NCBI GenBank assembly: GCA_003133325.1
Contig: PKXA01000063.1
Span: 18,954 to 82,953 of the forward strand
DNA: 64,000 nt
Direction of reading: 5' to 3'
Source of the DNA: Acidimicrobiaceae bacterium
Lineage (GTDB): Bacteria > Actinomycetota > Acidimicrobiia > Acidimicrobiales > RAAP-2
Numbering within the stretch: position 1 is the stretch's first letter; each line of letters opens with the position of its first letter. Position numbers and translations under genes: made by a program. Positions 29,052 through 37,987 of the stretch are shown piece by piece. The notes under the pieces are model-generated. The model was not told the origin of the DNA, did not search any database, and saw only the letters and a list, made by a program, of their open reading frames with translations.

Positions 29052-30169
29052 CGCGGACCCGGGTGTTGATGGTGGTGGAACAACTGCGGAGGTCGACCCC
29101 TGGCGGGATCGGCACCTATGCCCGCGGTCTCATGCAGGGGCTCGGCGAACTCGATCCGGGTGAGGCGCCCGAGGTTGAGCTGCTGGCCAGTCGCCCGGCC
29201 CGGATGGGTTCGGGAGGGGTGGATCCACTTGCCGTGCATGGCTACCCGGTGCGCAGTTCGGTGCTTCCGGGTCCGGTGTTGACCCGGGCCTGGGATCGGG
29301 GTTGGTTGGGCGCCCCCTCCGGATTTGATGTGGTTCACGCCGTTTCGCTGGCCACCCTCGAGCCGCGAGACGCCGTGCTGGTCTCTACGGTTCATGACCT
29401 GTTGTGGCGTCGGCTTCCCGACGCCTATCCGCCCCGGGGGAGGACCTGGCACGAAGCCGCGCTGCAACGAGCGCTGCGTCGGGCTGAACGGTTCATCGTG
29501 CCCGCCGAGGAGGTGGCATCCGACCTCGAAGAGGCTGGAGCGCCCCGGGGTGCCATCAGAGTGATCCCGATGGGATGTGACCATCTTCCCCCACCCGATC
29601 TGGAGGCGGGAGCCGCTCTGTTGGAGCGGCTCGGGGTGCACGGACCATTTTTGCTGAGTGTCGGCACCCTCGAGCCGCGCAAGAACCTGGTTCGGCTCAC
29701 CGAGGCGTACCGTCGGATCCGAGGGGACCTACCCGAGCCGTGGTCACTGGTGTTGGTGGGCCCGACCGGATGGGGCGAGCAGGTCAATCCCGAACCCGGC
29801 GTGGTGCTCGCCGGGATGGTCAGTCCCGGGGAGCTGTCGGCCCTCTATTCGATGACCCGATTGCTGGCGTATGTGCCTCTCATCGAAGGGTTCGGGCTTC
29901 CCCCTGTCGAGGCCATGGTATTCGGCGCCCCGGTGGTGGCGAGTTCGCTGCCAAGCACGGCTGGGGCGGCGTTCGAAGTCGATCCCCGAGATTCCGACTC
30001 CATCGCTTCGGGACTCCTGACGGTGGCCACCGACACCGCCGTGCGTGCCCGGCTCGAGCTGGCAGGTCGCCACCGGGTCGCTGAACTCCGTTGGTCGACG
30101 ATCGCCCGCCGTCACGTCTCGGTGTGGGGCGAGGCGGCATCCGCCAATCACGGGCGTCACCGTGGTTGA
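29048..30169 (+). CDS. GT4 (GT-B) glycosyltransferase.
   Basis: ATGA overlap with the upstream gene. Motifs GGIGTYARGL and EGFGLPPVEAMVFGAPVV. Confidence 0.85.
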   Translation: MTRTRVLMVVEQLRRSTPGGIGTYARGLMQGLGELDPGEAPEVELLASRPARMGSGGVDPLAVHGYPVRSSVLPGPVLTRAWDRGWLGAPSGFDVVHAVSLATLEPRDAVLVSTVHDLLWRRLPDAYPPRGRTWHEAALQRALRRAERFIVPAEEVASDLEEAGAPRGAIRVIPMGCDHLPPPDLEAGAALLERLGVHGPFLLSVGTLEPRKNLVRLTEAYRRIRGDLPEPWSLVLVGPTGWGEQVNPEPGVVLAGMVSPGELSALYSMTRLLAYVPLIEGFGLPPVEAMVFGAPVVASSLPSTAGAAFEVDPRDSDSIASGLLTVATDTAVRARLELAGRHRVAELRWSTIARRHVSVWGEAASANHGRHRG

Positions 30170-31361
30170 CCGGTTGCACCTGTCGCTGGACGTGACAGCA
30201 GTGCCGACCAATCCGGTCGGGGCCGGCCAGTACACCCTCCAACTGACGCGGGTTCTGGACCAGCGACCCGACGTCGAACTGCTGGTTGTCGCCAGACGCC
30301 GGGATGGCTCCCGCTGGAGAGCGGTGGCCCCGGGAAGCGGTGTCGTCACAGTTGCACCGGAGCTTCGGCCGCTGCGGCTCGCCTGGGAACAGATCCGCCT
30401 CCCTGTTCTGCTCAAACACCAGACGGTAGAGGTCCATCACGGACCTCATTACACGATGCCGGAGCATTCGAAGGTGCCGGCAGTGGTGACCATCCACGAT
30501 CTGAGCTTCTTTGAAGCCCCGCAATGGCACGAGCGCTCAAAGGTGTTGTTGTTCCAACGGGCGATCAGGGTGGCTGCCCGACGGGCGGCGGTGGTGGTGT
30601 GTCCGAGTCAGGCGACGGCCGACGAGTTGGCCCGGTGGTGCCGGGTGGATGGCGACGTGGTGGTGGCCCACCATGGGGTCGATCTCGATCGCTTCCGTCC
30701 TGTCGAATCCGCTCCCGGATCGGACGCCGCCCTGCTGTCCGAATTGGAAATCGGCAGCACGAGGGTCCGGGGGTCCGGAGGAGCCGGTGCGGGCGGTGGG
30801 GCCGGCCGACTCGGTGACGGAACGCCATTTCTCGTCTTTGTCGGCACCCTCGAGCCTCGTAAGGACGTGCCGACCCTGGTGCATGCCTTCGCCCGGGTGG
30901 CCGGTCGCCATCCCGAGGCTCGACTGGTGTTGGCGGGTGGGGCCGGCTGGGGAGCGTCGCAAGTGGAGGAAGCCGTCGCCGCATCAGGGATGAGGAGTCG
31001 CATCATCCGCACCGGGTATGTGAAGGACGACATCATCCCGGCATTGTTCCGCGCGGCCGTGGCGGTGGTCTACCCGGCGCTCTATGAAGGATTCGGCCTT
31101 CCGGCGTTGGAGGCCATGGCGTGTGGTGCTCCCCTGATCACCTCGTCAGGATCCGCCATGGAGGAAGTCACCGGGGACTCGGCGACCCTGGTTCCACCGG
31201 GGGATGTGGTTGCTCTCAGTGAGGCGCTTGACGGGGCACTGGCCGGGGATGGACCTGACGCCGAGCGGAGGCGACGGGGGTTGGACATCGCCGCCCGGCA
31301 TACCTGGGCCGCCAGCGCCAGCAAGCACATGGAGGCCTATCGCCTGGCGGCCCGGAGTTGA
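30162..31361 (+). CDS. GT4 (GT-B) glycosyltransferase.
   Basis: A GTG start overlaps the upstream gene by 8 nt. Motifs NPVGAGQYT and EGFGLPALEAMACGAPLI. A Gly/Ala-rich insert (GSGGAGAGGGAG) is present. Confidence 0.85.
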   Translation: MVDRLHLSLDVTAVPTNPVGAGQYTLQLTRVLDQRPDVELLVVARRRDGSRWRAVAPGSGVVTVAPELRPLRLAWEQIRLPVLLKHQTVEVHHGPHYTMPEHSKVPAVVTIHDLSFFEAPQWHERSKVLLFQRAIRVAARRAAVVVCPSQATADELARWCRVDGDVVVAHHGVDLDRFRPVESAPGSDAALLSELEIGSTRVRGSGGAGAGGGAGRLGDGTPFLVFVGTLEPRKDVPTLVHAFARVAGRHPEARLVLAGGAGWGASQVEEAVAASGMRSRIIRTGYVKDDIIPALFRAAVAVVYPALYEGFGLPALEAMACGAPLITSSGSAMEEVTGDSATLVPPGDVVALSEALDGALAGDGPDAERRRRGLDIAARHTWAASASKHMEAYRLAARS

Positions 31362-31407
31362 GGGCTCTGGCAGGCGACACCCACCCGACCCGGTAGGGTG
31401 ACCCGAC

Positions 31408-32307
31408 GTGCGCTCCCTCATTACCGGCGGTCGTGGATTTGTAGGCCACTGGCTCGCTGCCCATCTTCGTGAACTCGGCGACGAGGTCATCGTCATCGAC
31501 AGGGAAGTGGACATCACCGACCCACCTGTCGTGCTCGCTGCCCTCATCGCCGCTGCGCCTGACGCCATCTATCACCTGGCTGCGCTCACCCACGTGGGGA
31601 AGTCGTGGGACGAACCCCTCCAGGTGCTCCAGGTCAACGTGATAGGCACCGCCATCCTGCTGGCTGCAGCCCGGGAATGCGGGTCCGATCCGCGGGTGCT
31701 GGTAACCAGCTCTGCCGAGGTCTACGGAGCCGTGACCGACCCGTCGCTTCTTCCGCTTCGCGAGGACTCGCCCACCGCCCCACTCACCCCGTATGCCGCC
31801 AGCAAGCTGGCGGCCGAGGCCCTGGTGGAGCAGGCATTCCTTGGCCATGGACAGTCGGTCATCACGGTAAGGCCGTTCAATCACATCGGGCCGGGGCAAA
31901 CACCCGACTTCGCAGTACCGGCATTGACCAAACGCATGGTTGACGCCGAGCGCAAAGGGGCCAGTGCCATTCCGGTGGGGAACCTGTCGGCTCGGCGTGA
32001 CTTCACCGATGTTCGAGATGTGGTGCGGGCCTATCGGATGTTGATCGAGTCGGGGGAGCCCGGAGTGGTTTACAACGTGTGTTCTGGCCGGGACGTGGAG
32101 ATCAAATTCATCGCCGACGAGTTGCTGGCGTTGACCGGCGCCTCACTCAGATTCGAGACCGACCCCACCCTGATGCGCCCGGTGGAAGTACCGGTGCTTC
32201 GGGGTGATCCCACCCGGTTGCAGAGCGCCACCGGTTGGGAGCCCAAGATCTCCCTGAGGGAAACCTTGGCCGACGTGTTGGCGTACTGGCGCGATCGTAC
32301 TGACTGA
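31408..32307 (+). CDS. SDR reductase resembling GDP-4-keto-6-deoxy-D-mannose reductase (Rmd-like).
   Basis: TGGRGFVGHWL, YAASKLAAE, PFNHIGPGQ and VGNLSARRDFTDVRD. Confidence 0.72.
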   Translation: MRSLITGGRGFVGHWLAAHLRELGDEVIVIDREVDITDPPVVLAALIAAAPDAIYHLAALTHVGKSWDEPLQVLQVNVIGTAILLAAARECGSDPRVLVTSSAEVYGAVTDPSLLPLREDSPTAPLTPYAASKLAAEALVEQAFLGHGQSVITVRPFNHIGPGQTPDFAVPALTKRMVDAERKGASAIPVGNLSARRDFTDVRDVVRAYRMLIESGEPGVVYNVCSGRDVEIKFIADELLALTGASLRFETDPTLMRPVEVPVLRGDPTRLQSATGWEPKISLRETLADVLAYWRDRTD

Positions 32308-32366
32308 CCACACGCCGGGCGACGAAGGCTGGGGTGGGCCGCCAGTTGGGCGAGCCCGCCTGCGAC

Positions 32367-33326
32367 TCAGACGCTTCGCAGCAGGCGCCACGAACGGACC
32401 ACCCGGAGCAACCCGAGCAGGCCGACCGCCGAGGCGATCGTCATCAACATGAGCACCACCAGCAGGTTGGTGGCCAACGGTGACGGGGAGCTTCCGGGAG
32501 CGGTTCCGGCCAGGAACCAAGGAGCGGCAGTGGCCATTGATCCCCACCAGACGGCGGCAGCCGCGGTCATGACCGGCATCGACACCGCCACCACGATGGC
32601 CAGTGAACCGGCGACCTTGACCTGACCCGCGCCCAGGTTGAGGTGGCGGGTGGCGGAAATGGCCGCCGCCGACCAGGTGGCGATGGTGGAGGCGAACAGG
32701 ATCACGAAGACCACGAACAGGAGTTGGTACCACCCGAACCCGGTATTGCGCTGGTGGTCGGTGAGATGCCGGGCCCAGACGGCCAGGGCCACCGTTGTGG
32801 CCGCGGTGGCCAGAGTGGCAGCCACCGCCCAGATCACCCGGCGCCGGATGGCCGGCCACCCGCCATCCCGCATGAAACGGAGGAAGGTCGGGAGGACGGC
32901 GAGCGCCCCGAGCATCACCGCGACAGCACACGCCCCGGCCAGCGACGCCAGCAGGTTGAAGGAGACGGCCGGGAGATGCCGGGAACCCCGGGTGATCGAC
33001 TGGTCCCAGTGCTCGCTGATCTTGGCGAAGCCGGCGCCGGGGATGACAAAGAGGGCAAAGGCACACAGGACGGTGAAGGCGCCACCCCGGACCCGCTCCG
33101 ACGGCGATACCGAGTCGCCGGCCAGACCGGCGCCCCGGAGGCGCTCGCCCATCCCCGACCGGGCAATCGACCAGCGGAAGCCCACCGTTGGCGGCTTTCC
33201 CTCCAGGTCGTCCTCGATCATGGCGCCGAGCTCGTCGCCGTAGCGGGCCCGCCATGCCGCGGGGTACCACCGGAGCATCGACGCGCTCCTCGAGTCAGTC
33301 CCCATCTGCAGTTCACCGGCGCTCAT
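32367..33326 (-). CDS. Polytopic membrane protein co-transcribed with PadR (unknown function).
   Basis: ATGA overlap with the padR stop. About 7 hydrophobic segments follow an N-terminal RWYPAAWRARYGDE region. Confidence 0.65.
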   Translation of the reverse strand: MSAGELQMGTDSRSASMLRWYPAAWRARYGDELGAMIEDDLEGKPPTVGFRWSIARSGMGERLRGAGLAGDSVSPSERVRGGAFTVLCAFALFVIPGAGFAKISEHWDQSITRGSRHLPAVSFNLLASLAGACAVAVMLGALAVLPTFLRFMRDGGWPAIRRRVIWAVAATLATAATTVALAVWARHLTDHQRNTGFGWYQLLFVVFVILFASTIATWSAAAISATRHLNLGAGQVKVAGSLAIVVAVSMPVMTAAAAVWWGSMATAAPWFLAGTAPGSSPSPLATNLLVVLMLMTIASAVGLLGLLRVVRSWRLLRSV

Positions 33327-33694
33327 GCCGGGTAGCCGGCGATTCTGGGTGCACGACCGGGGGCGCTCACCCGATTGGCCATCGCCAGGCGCCGGGCGCC
33401 CTCGTCGGCCAGGCATTGCATGTTGACCACCGCCTCGGCAAGGTAGGCGGACCCTGCCGCCGAGATCCGATAAGGACGCCGACGGTCGTCGGATTCGAGC
33501 GGCTCGATCAGACCTCGCTCTTCCAACCGGGTGATGGCCCCGTAGAGGGCGCCCGGCCCCAACACCACCCCGGCGAACCCTTGGATGTCCTTGGACAGGG
33601 CGTGCCCGTGCTTGGGGCCGCCGGCCAGGCTGGTCAGGATCAGGATCGGCGGGTCGTTGGGCCGATGTGTCTTGGTGCCGGCGGTTCGTGCCAT
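33323..33694 (-). CDS. PadR-family transcriptional regulator.
   Basis: ILTSLAGGPKHGHALSKDI...GALYGAITRLEERGLIE...DDRRRPYRIS (winged HTH). Confidence 0.88.
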   Translation of the reverse strand: MARTAGTKTHRPNDPPILILTSLAGGPKHGHALSKDIQGFAGVVLGPGALYGAITRLEERGLIEPLESDDRRRPYRISAAGSAYLAEAVVNMQCLADEGARRLAMANRVSAPGRAPRIAGYPA

Positions 33695-33703
33695 GCCAGC
33701 AAA

Positions 33704-33740
33704 GTACTACGTGATACGTAGTTACGCAAGGCGTAGTAAC
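33704..33740. promoter_or_regulatory. Candidate PadR operator: an imperfect palindrome plus a third half-site immediately upstream of padR.
   Basis: GTACTACGT-GAT-ACGTAGTTAC (33704-33725) overlaps TACGC-AAG-GCGTA (33723-35). There are three GTAGT(A/T)AC-type half-sites, 10-46 nt from the ATG. Confidence 0.5.
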
Positions 33741-33778
33741 CGGGGCCGCCGCCGCCAATCCCGTCCCGTGCCCGAACG

Positions 33779-33813
33779 CGAAGAACGGCCCGCACGAGGC
33801 GGACCGTTCTTCG
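33779..33813 (-). terminator. Strong hairpin downstream of the small coiled-coil gene.
   Basis: CGAAGAACGG pairs with CCGTTCTTCG (10 bp plus 2 further pairs) around a 9-nt loop. No U-tract, as is usual in high-GC genomes. Confidence 0.5.
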
Positions 33814-33925
33814 TCGGACCGGAAAGGGGGGGTATCCGGCCCGTATTGGCCTGCAAGCCCCATAAGGGGCGAGGCCAGCACCGGCGACGACCGGGGGAGG
33901 TCTGTCGCCGTCGCAATGTGGACCG

Positions 33926-34306
33926 TCAACCGGCGACGGTCAGGATCCGATCGAGGATCTGGGTGCGGGTCTCCTTGGCCTGGACATGTACCTGCTTGGC
34001 CAGGTCACGGGCCGGGGTGGGCAGACGGTCCTCGAACGGAGCAAATGCGGCTTCAACCTTGGAAATAAGGTCCTCGAGTTGGGCATCCACCGTGTGGATC
34101 GCACCATTCAGGTCGGAACGAACGCCCTGGATCCGACTCCCGAACTCAACTTTGGGATCGCCGAGGCGCTTGAAAAGATCCTGGCGTTGCACTTGGGCCT
34201 TCTGGAAACCGAGGACGCCTGCGCCGACGACCACGTAAGTGGCATCCTTGGCCACCTGGGCGAGGTCCTTGGCTGCTTTGTTGATATTCGCATTGATCTC
34301 TGGCAT
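33926..34306 (-). CDS. Small (126 aa) helical/coiled-coil protein, unknown function.
   Basis: ATG at 34306 follows GGGAGA. The sequence is heptad-like and charged with one hydrophobic stretch (YVVVGAGVLGF). No motif was recognised. Confidence 0.6.
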   Translation of the reverse strand: MPEINANINKAAKDLAQVAKDATYVVVGAGVLGFQKAQVQRQDLFKRLGDPKVEFGSRIQGVRSDLNGAIHTVDAQLEDLISKVEAAFAPFEDRLPTPARDLAKQVHVQAKETRTQILDRILTVAG

Positions 34307-34495
34307 GTTCGTCTCCCTGCGATTGATGTTGCTGGACACAGCCAATGTGGGCTGCGTGCTGATAGATGCAAGTGTATCTGATTTGTTAAACATTTGCAAG
34401 CACTCACGCAGCAATTTGAGTAGATGGCGTCAAGAAGTGGTGCTGGCCACGGGATTTCTCCTGAGGCTCGGCTGGGCCGGTAGCCTCTGACCCTG

Positions 34496-37400
34496 ATGGA
34501 CACCCTGGCCCCGCCGGTCGTTGCCGTTGTCATCGCCCACGATCCTGGTCAGTGGTTCGATGAGACGCTGGCTTCGATCGGTTCGCAGGACTATGCCGAG
34601 CTGTCGGTATTGGTCCTCGACAGCGCGAGCACTGAAGACCTCACCGCCCGGGTGGCCGCGGTGCTTCCTTCTGCCTACGTGCGCCGCTTCGAGGAGAACA
34701 AAGGGTACGGAGCCACCTCGAACGAGGTGCGATCGATGGTCGATGGCGCCTCGTACTTTCTCTTCTGTCACGACGATGTGGCGCTGTTCCCCGATACCGT
34801 CCACCTGTTGGTAGAAGAGGCGTTCCGCTCCAATGCCGGGATCGTCTCCCCCAAGGTGGTGAGCTGGGACGATCCCGGTCGACTGGTGCATGTCGGCATG
34901 ACGGTGGACAAGAGCGGCTCGGTGGTGGAGCGGGTACAACCGAGCGAGATCGACCACGGGCAGCACGACGCAGTTCGGGATGTGTTCGTCGCCCCCGGTG
35001 GATGCACATTGGTCCGGGCGGACCTCTTTGAAGAGCTCGGTGGGTTCGACCCGACCATCGTGGCCCTGGGTGAAGATCTCGATCTCTGTTGGCGGGCCCA
35101 GGTGGTCGGGGCCCGGATCATCGTGGTACCTGATGCGCGGGTCCGACATCGAGAAGAGCTCGCCAGTGGGTCTCGCCCGATACCCGACTCCCTCGTTGCC
35201 GTCCCCGGGGAGCACCGCCATCATCCGGTGACGCTTCAGGAGTTGCAGCGGCGCCACGAACTGCACGTCGTCTTCAAATGCTATGGCCGGTTCCACCTGC
35301 TACGGGTGATCCCCCAGATCATCCTGCTGACCCTTGGCGAGCTCATCGTGGCCACGATGGCGGGGAATCGCTCTCGGGTCCGCGCTGTGCTGGAGGCGTG
35401 GCGTTGGAATCTTCACCACCTGGGAATCACTCGGCGGCAACGAAAAGAAATTCAATCGCATCGGCAGATCGGCGATAAGGAGATACGCCTGTTGCAGGTG
35501 GCGGGGAGTGCTCGATTGTCGGCGTATGCCCGCCGGGTATTCCAATTCGGGTTTCGAGGGGCGCACGCCGATGAGCTCAAAGCCTCCGGCGGGGAAGCGG
35601 AGGGTGGCTTCGGCAGCGTCCTTGACGACTTGGTGGAGACTGACAACGGTGTCGGAGGCGACCAGCCGGTCCCATCGAACGATGTATGGGTCGCCGAAAA
35701 GGCCCCATCATCCCGCGGGAAACTCGGTGGCCGGGTGCGGTTGCTGTCGTGGCTGGCGGCGGCAGCCGTGGTGCTTATCGGTTCCAGGAGTCTACTGTCA
35801 GGTGCCATCCCATCCATTGGGCAGTTCGTGCCATTTCCGAGTTGGTCTTCGACGATCGTTCAGTTCGCCGCCGGCTGGCATCCTTCAGGAGTCGGCTCCA
35901 CCGCCCCCGCGTCTCCGGCATTCGCGTTGGTAGGTGCGTTGGGGACGGTGCTCATCGGTGCCATGGGACTCACCCAGAAGGTGCTGATCTTCGGATGCAT
36001 TCCCCTGGGAGCGTGGGGCATGGTGCGACTAGTGCGCCCATTTGGGTCCCAACGGGCATCTCTGGTGGCTGGGATCGTCTACTTGGCTGTGCCCGTTCCC
36101 TACAACGCCCTTGCCCTTGGGCGGCTCGGGGCACTGGCCGTATATGCCGGCGCACCGTGGGTATTCGGGCACCTCTTCCGGTTCACCCGGATCGCTCCGT
36201 TTGCCCCGGTTCCGGGACCGGACCGGTCGGGGGTGCATGAGAATAGACCGAAGAGAGGCCCGGGTCGGAGGAGAACGGCGCTCGATCCCACGGTCCCGAC
36301 GGGAAGGCGATGGTTGGCCCGCCACCGAACCTTGCGAAGACTCCTTTTGTTGGGAGTACTTGAAGCCGTTCTGATCTCCTTTGTGCCCGCCGCCGCTATC
36401 GTGGTCGTCCTCGCCGGCCTGGCGGTGGCACTTTCGTCGTGCGTCCTCGGAGAGTTCAGCTCGGCGGCGAGGGCACTGTGGCTGGCGCTCGGGTCCACCG
36501 TGGTGGCCGGGGTCCTCTGCCTCCCGTGGTTGATCGGCGTGGTGTCAGCCGGTGATGGGGCCATCGGCGTCTTCGGGGTAGCCGGGCCCACCTCGGGGGC
36601 GGCGTCGTGGGGAAATCTGCTGAAGTTCTCGGTCGGGCCCATCGGCAACTCGCCGTTGACGTGGGGGTTCGGTGTGGCGGCTCTGCTTCCGCTGCTGCTG
36701 GGTCGTGATGGCCGGTTTGGGTGGGCCGGTCGGTGCTGGTCGATCGCCATGGTGTTCTGGTTTGTGGCGTGGGTGGTCGGCAGGGGTTGGACCGGCACTC
36801 TGGCCATCGATCCGGATGTCCTGTTGGGACCGGCCGCTGTGGCCATCTCGATGGCTATCGGCCTCGGGATCGCTTCCTTTGAGGAAGACCTGCGTGCCGC
36901 CACCTTTGGGTGGAAGCAGCTCGCCACTGCCGCTGCCGCTGCCGTCATGGTGCTCGGAGCCTTTCCGATGTTGGCCTCGGCGTTCCCGGGGCGTTGGGAC
37001 CTCCCTCAGAACGACTTCAGCCAGACCCTGGCGTGGATGCACGCAAAGACGGCGGATGGGGCATTTCGGGTGTTGTGGCTGGGTGACGCGCGGGCGTTGA
37101 ACCAGGGGTCGTGGAGTGCGGGAGATGGGCTGGCCTACGCCACCTCAGAGGACGGAACACCCGATGCCTCCTGGCTGTGGAACGCAACCGGATCGGGTCC
37201 AGCCTCCACGTTGGCGAATGCAGTGGATCAGGCCCGGTCCGGTCGGACCGATCAACTCGGAAGCATGCTGGCTACGGCCGGGGTGCGCTACGTGGTGAAG
37301 GTGACCGCGTTGGCGCCCGTCATCCCTTTGGTCCAGAGTCCGATGGAATATCCGGTTCCGGCTGACCTGGCACCGGCCCTGGCTCACCAACTCGATCTCC

Positions 37401-37987
37401 AATCAGTGTTTACCGAAACCGGGATCAGCGTCTATGAGAACACCGCATGGTTGCCCGAGCGGTCGGCTGTCGCCTCTTCATCACGGACGGCCGGGGCAGC
37501 AGAAGCTGCCATTGCGAACGGATCCTCGGGAACTCCTGATGTGCTGGGAACTGCCACCGGAGCCGCCATCGTCCCCGGGGCGATACCCGTCTTGCCGGGT
37601 CCCGCGGCTTCGCTCTCGTATCAGGGAACGATTCCCGCCGGAACCGTGCTTTCCGCGCTTGCTCCTGCGGGGCGGTGGAGTTTGGTGTCGGCGGACGGAA
37701 CCACGTATCCGATGTCTGCCGCGTTCGGGTGGGAGGGCCAGTATCAGGTGGCTGCCGGCGGCCGGGCAACGCTCCGATTCAACGGCAGCCCGTGGGGTCC
37801 GCTTTCGGTGGGGTTCGAATTGGTTCTGTGGCTAATTGTCGCTGCGGCACTGATTGAACGGCGCGGGATCGTGCGGCCGTGGTTGCAATCGGTACTGCTG
37901 CGGTGGCGTCGTCGTTCCGAGCCCCGTCCCATCCCTGAGCTCGATTTTGAACCTGAGGCCGACCAGTTCGGGGGGTTGGAAGAGTGA
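34496..37987 (+). CDS. Fusion of an N-terminal GT2 glycosyltransferase, a ~11-12-TM membrane body, an ecto-domain and a terminal TM anchor.
   Basis: GT2 region: VVAVVIAHD, VLVLDSAST, ENKGYGATSNE, FCHDDVALF and GEDLDLCWR. Multiple hydrophobic helices span aa ~265-840. The ecto-domain contains AGVRYVV and VYENTAWLPERS. The final TM is FELVLWLIVAAALI. Confidence 0.85.
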   Translation: MDTLAPPVVAVVIAHDPGQWFDETLASIGSQDYAELSVLVLDSASTEDLTARVAAVLPSAYVRRFEENKGYGATSNEVRSMVDGASYFLFCHDDVALFPDTVHLLVEEAFRSNAGIVSPKVVSWDDPGRLVHVGMTVDKSGSVVERVQPSEIDHGQHDAVRDVFVAPGGCTLVRADLFEELGGFDPTIVALGEDLDLCWRAQVVGARIIVVPDARVRHREELASGSRPIPDSLVAVPGEHRHHPVTLQELQRRHELHVVFKCYGRFHLLRVIPQIILLTLGELIVATMAGNRSRVRAVLEAWRWNLHHLGITRRQRKEIQSHRQIGDKEIRLLQVAGSARLSAYARRVFQFGFRGAHADELKASGGEAEGGFGSVLDDLVETDNGVGGDQPVPSNDVWVAEKAPSSRGKLGGRVRLLSWLAAAAVVLIGSRSLLSGAIPSIGQFVPFPSWSSTIVQFAAGWHPSGVGSTAPASPAFALVGALGTVLIGAMGLTQKVLIFGCIPLGAWGMVRLVRPFGSQRASLVAGIVYLAVPVPYNALALGRLGALAVYAGAPWVFGHLFRFTRIAPFAPVPGPDRSGVHENRPKRGPGRRRTALDPTVPTGRRWLARHRTLRRLLLLGVLEAVLISFVPAAAIVVVLAGLAVALSSCVLGEFSSAARALWLALGSTVVAGVLCLPWLIGVVSAGDGAIGVFGVAGPTSGAASWGNLLKFSVGPIGNSPLTWGFGVAALLPLLLGRDGRFGWAGRCWSIAMVFWFVAWVVGRGWTGTLAIDPDVLLGPAAVAISMAIGLGIASFEEDLRAATFGWKQLATAAAAAVMVLGAFPMLASAFPGRWDLPQNDFSQTLAWMHAKTADGAFRVLWLGDARALNQGSWSAGDGLAYATSEDGTPDASWLWNATGSGPASTLANAVDQARSGRTDQLGSMLATAGVRYVVKVTALAPVIPLVQSPMEYPVPADLAPALAHQLDLQSVFTETGISVYENTAWLPERSAVASSSRTAGAAEAAIANGSSGTPDVLGTATGAAIVPGAIPVLPGPAASLSYQGTIPAGTVLSALAPAGRWSLVSADGTTYPMSAAFGWEGQYQVAAGGRATLRFNGSPWGPLSVGFELVLWLIVAAALIERRGIVRPWLQSVLLRWRRRSEPRPIPELDFEPEADQFGGLEE

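Noticed and set aside
32367-33929. 520-aa ORF spanning the PadR gene in another frame.
   Set aside because: The N-terminal 200 aa overlap the well-supported padR CDS and its operator. ATG 33326 forms an ATGA junction with the padR stop and gives a sensible membrane protein.
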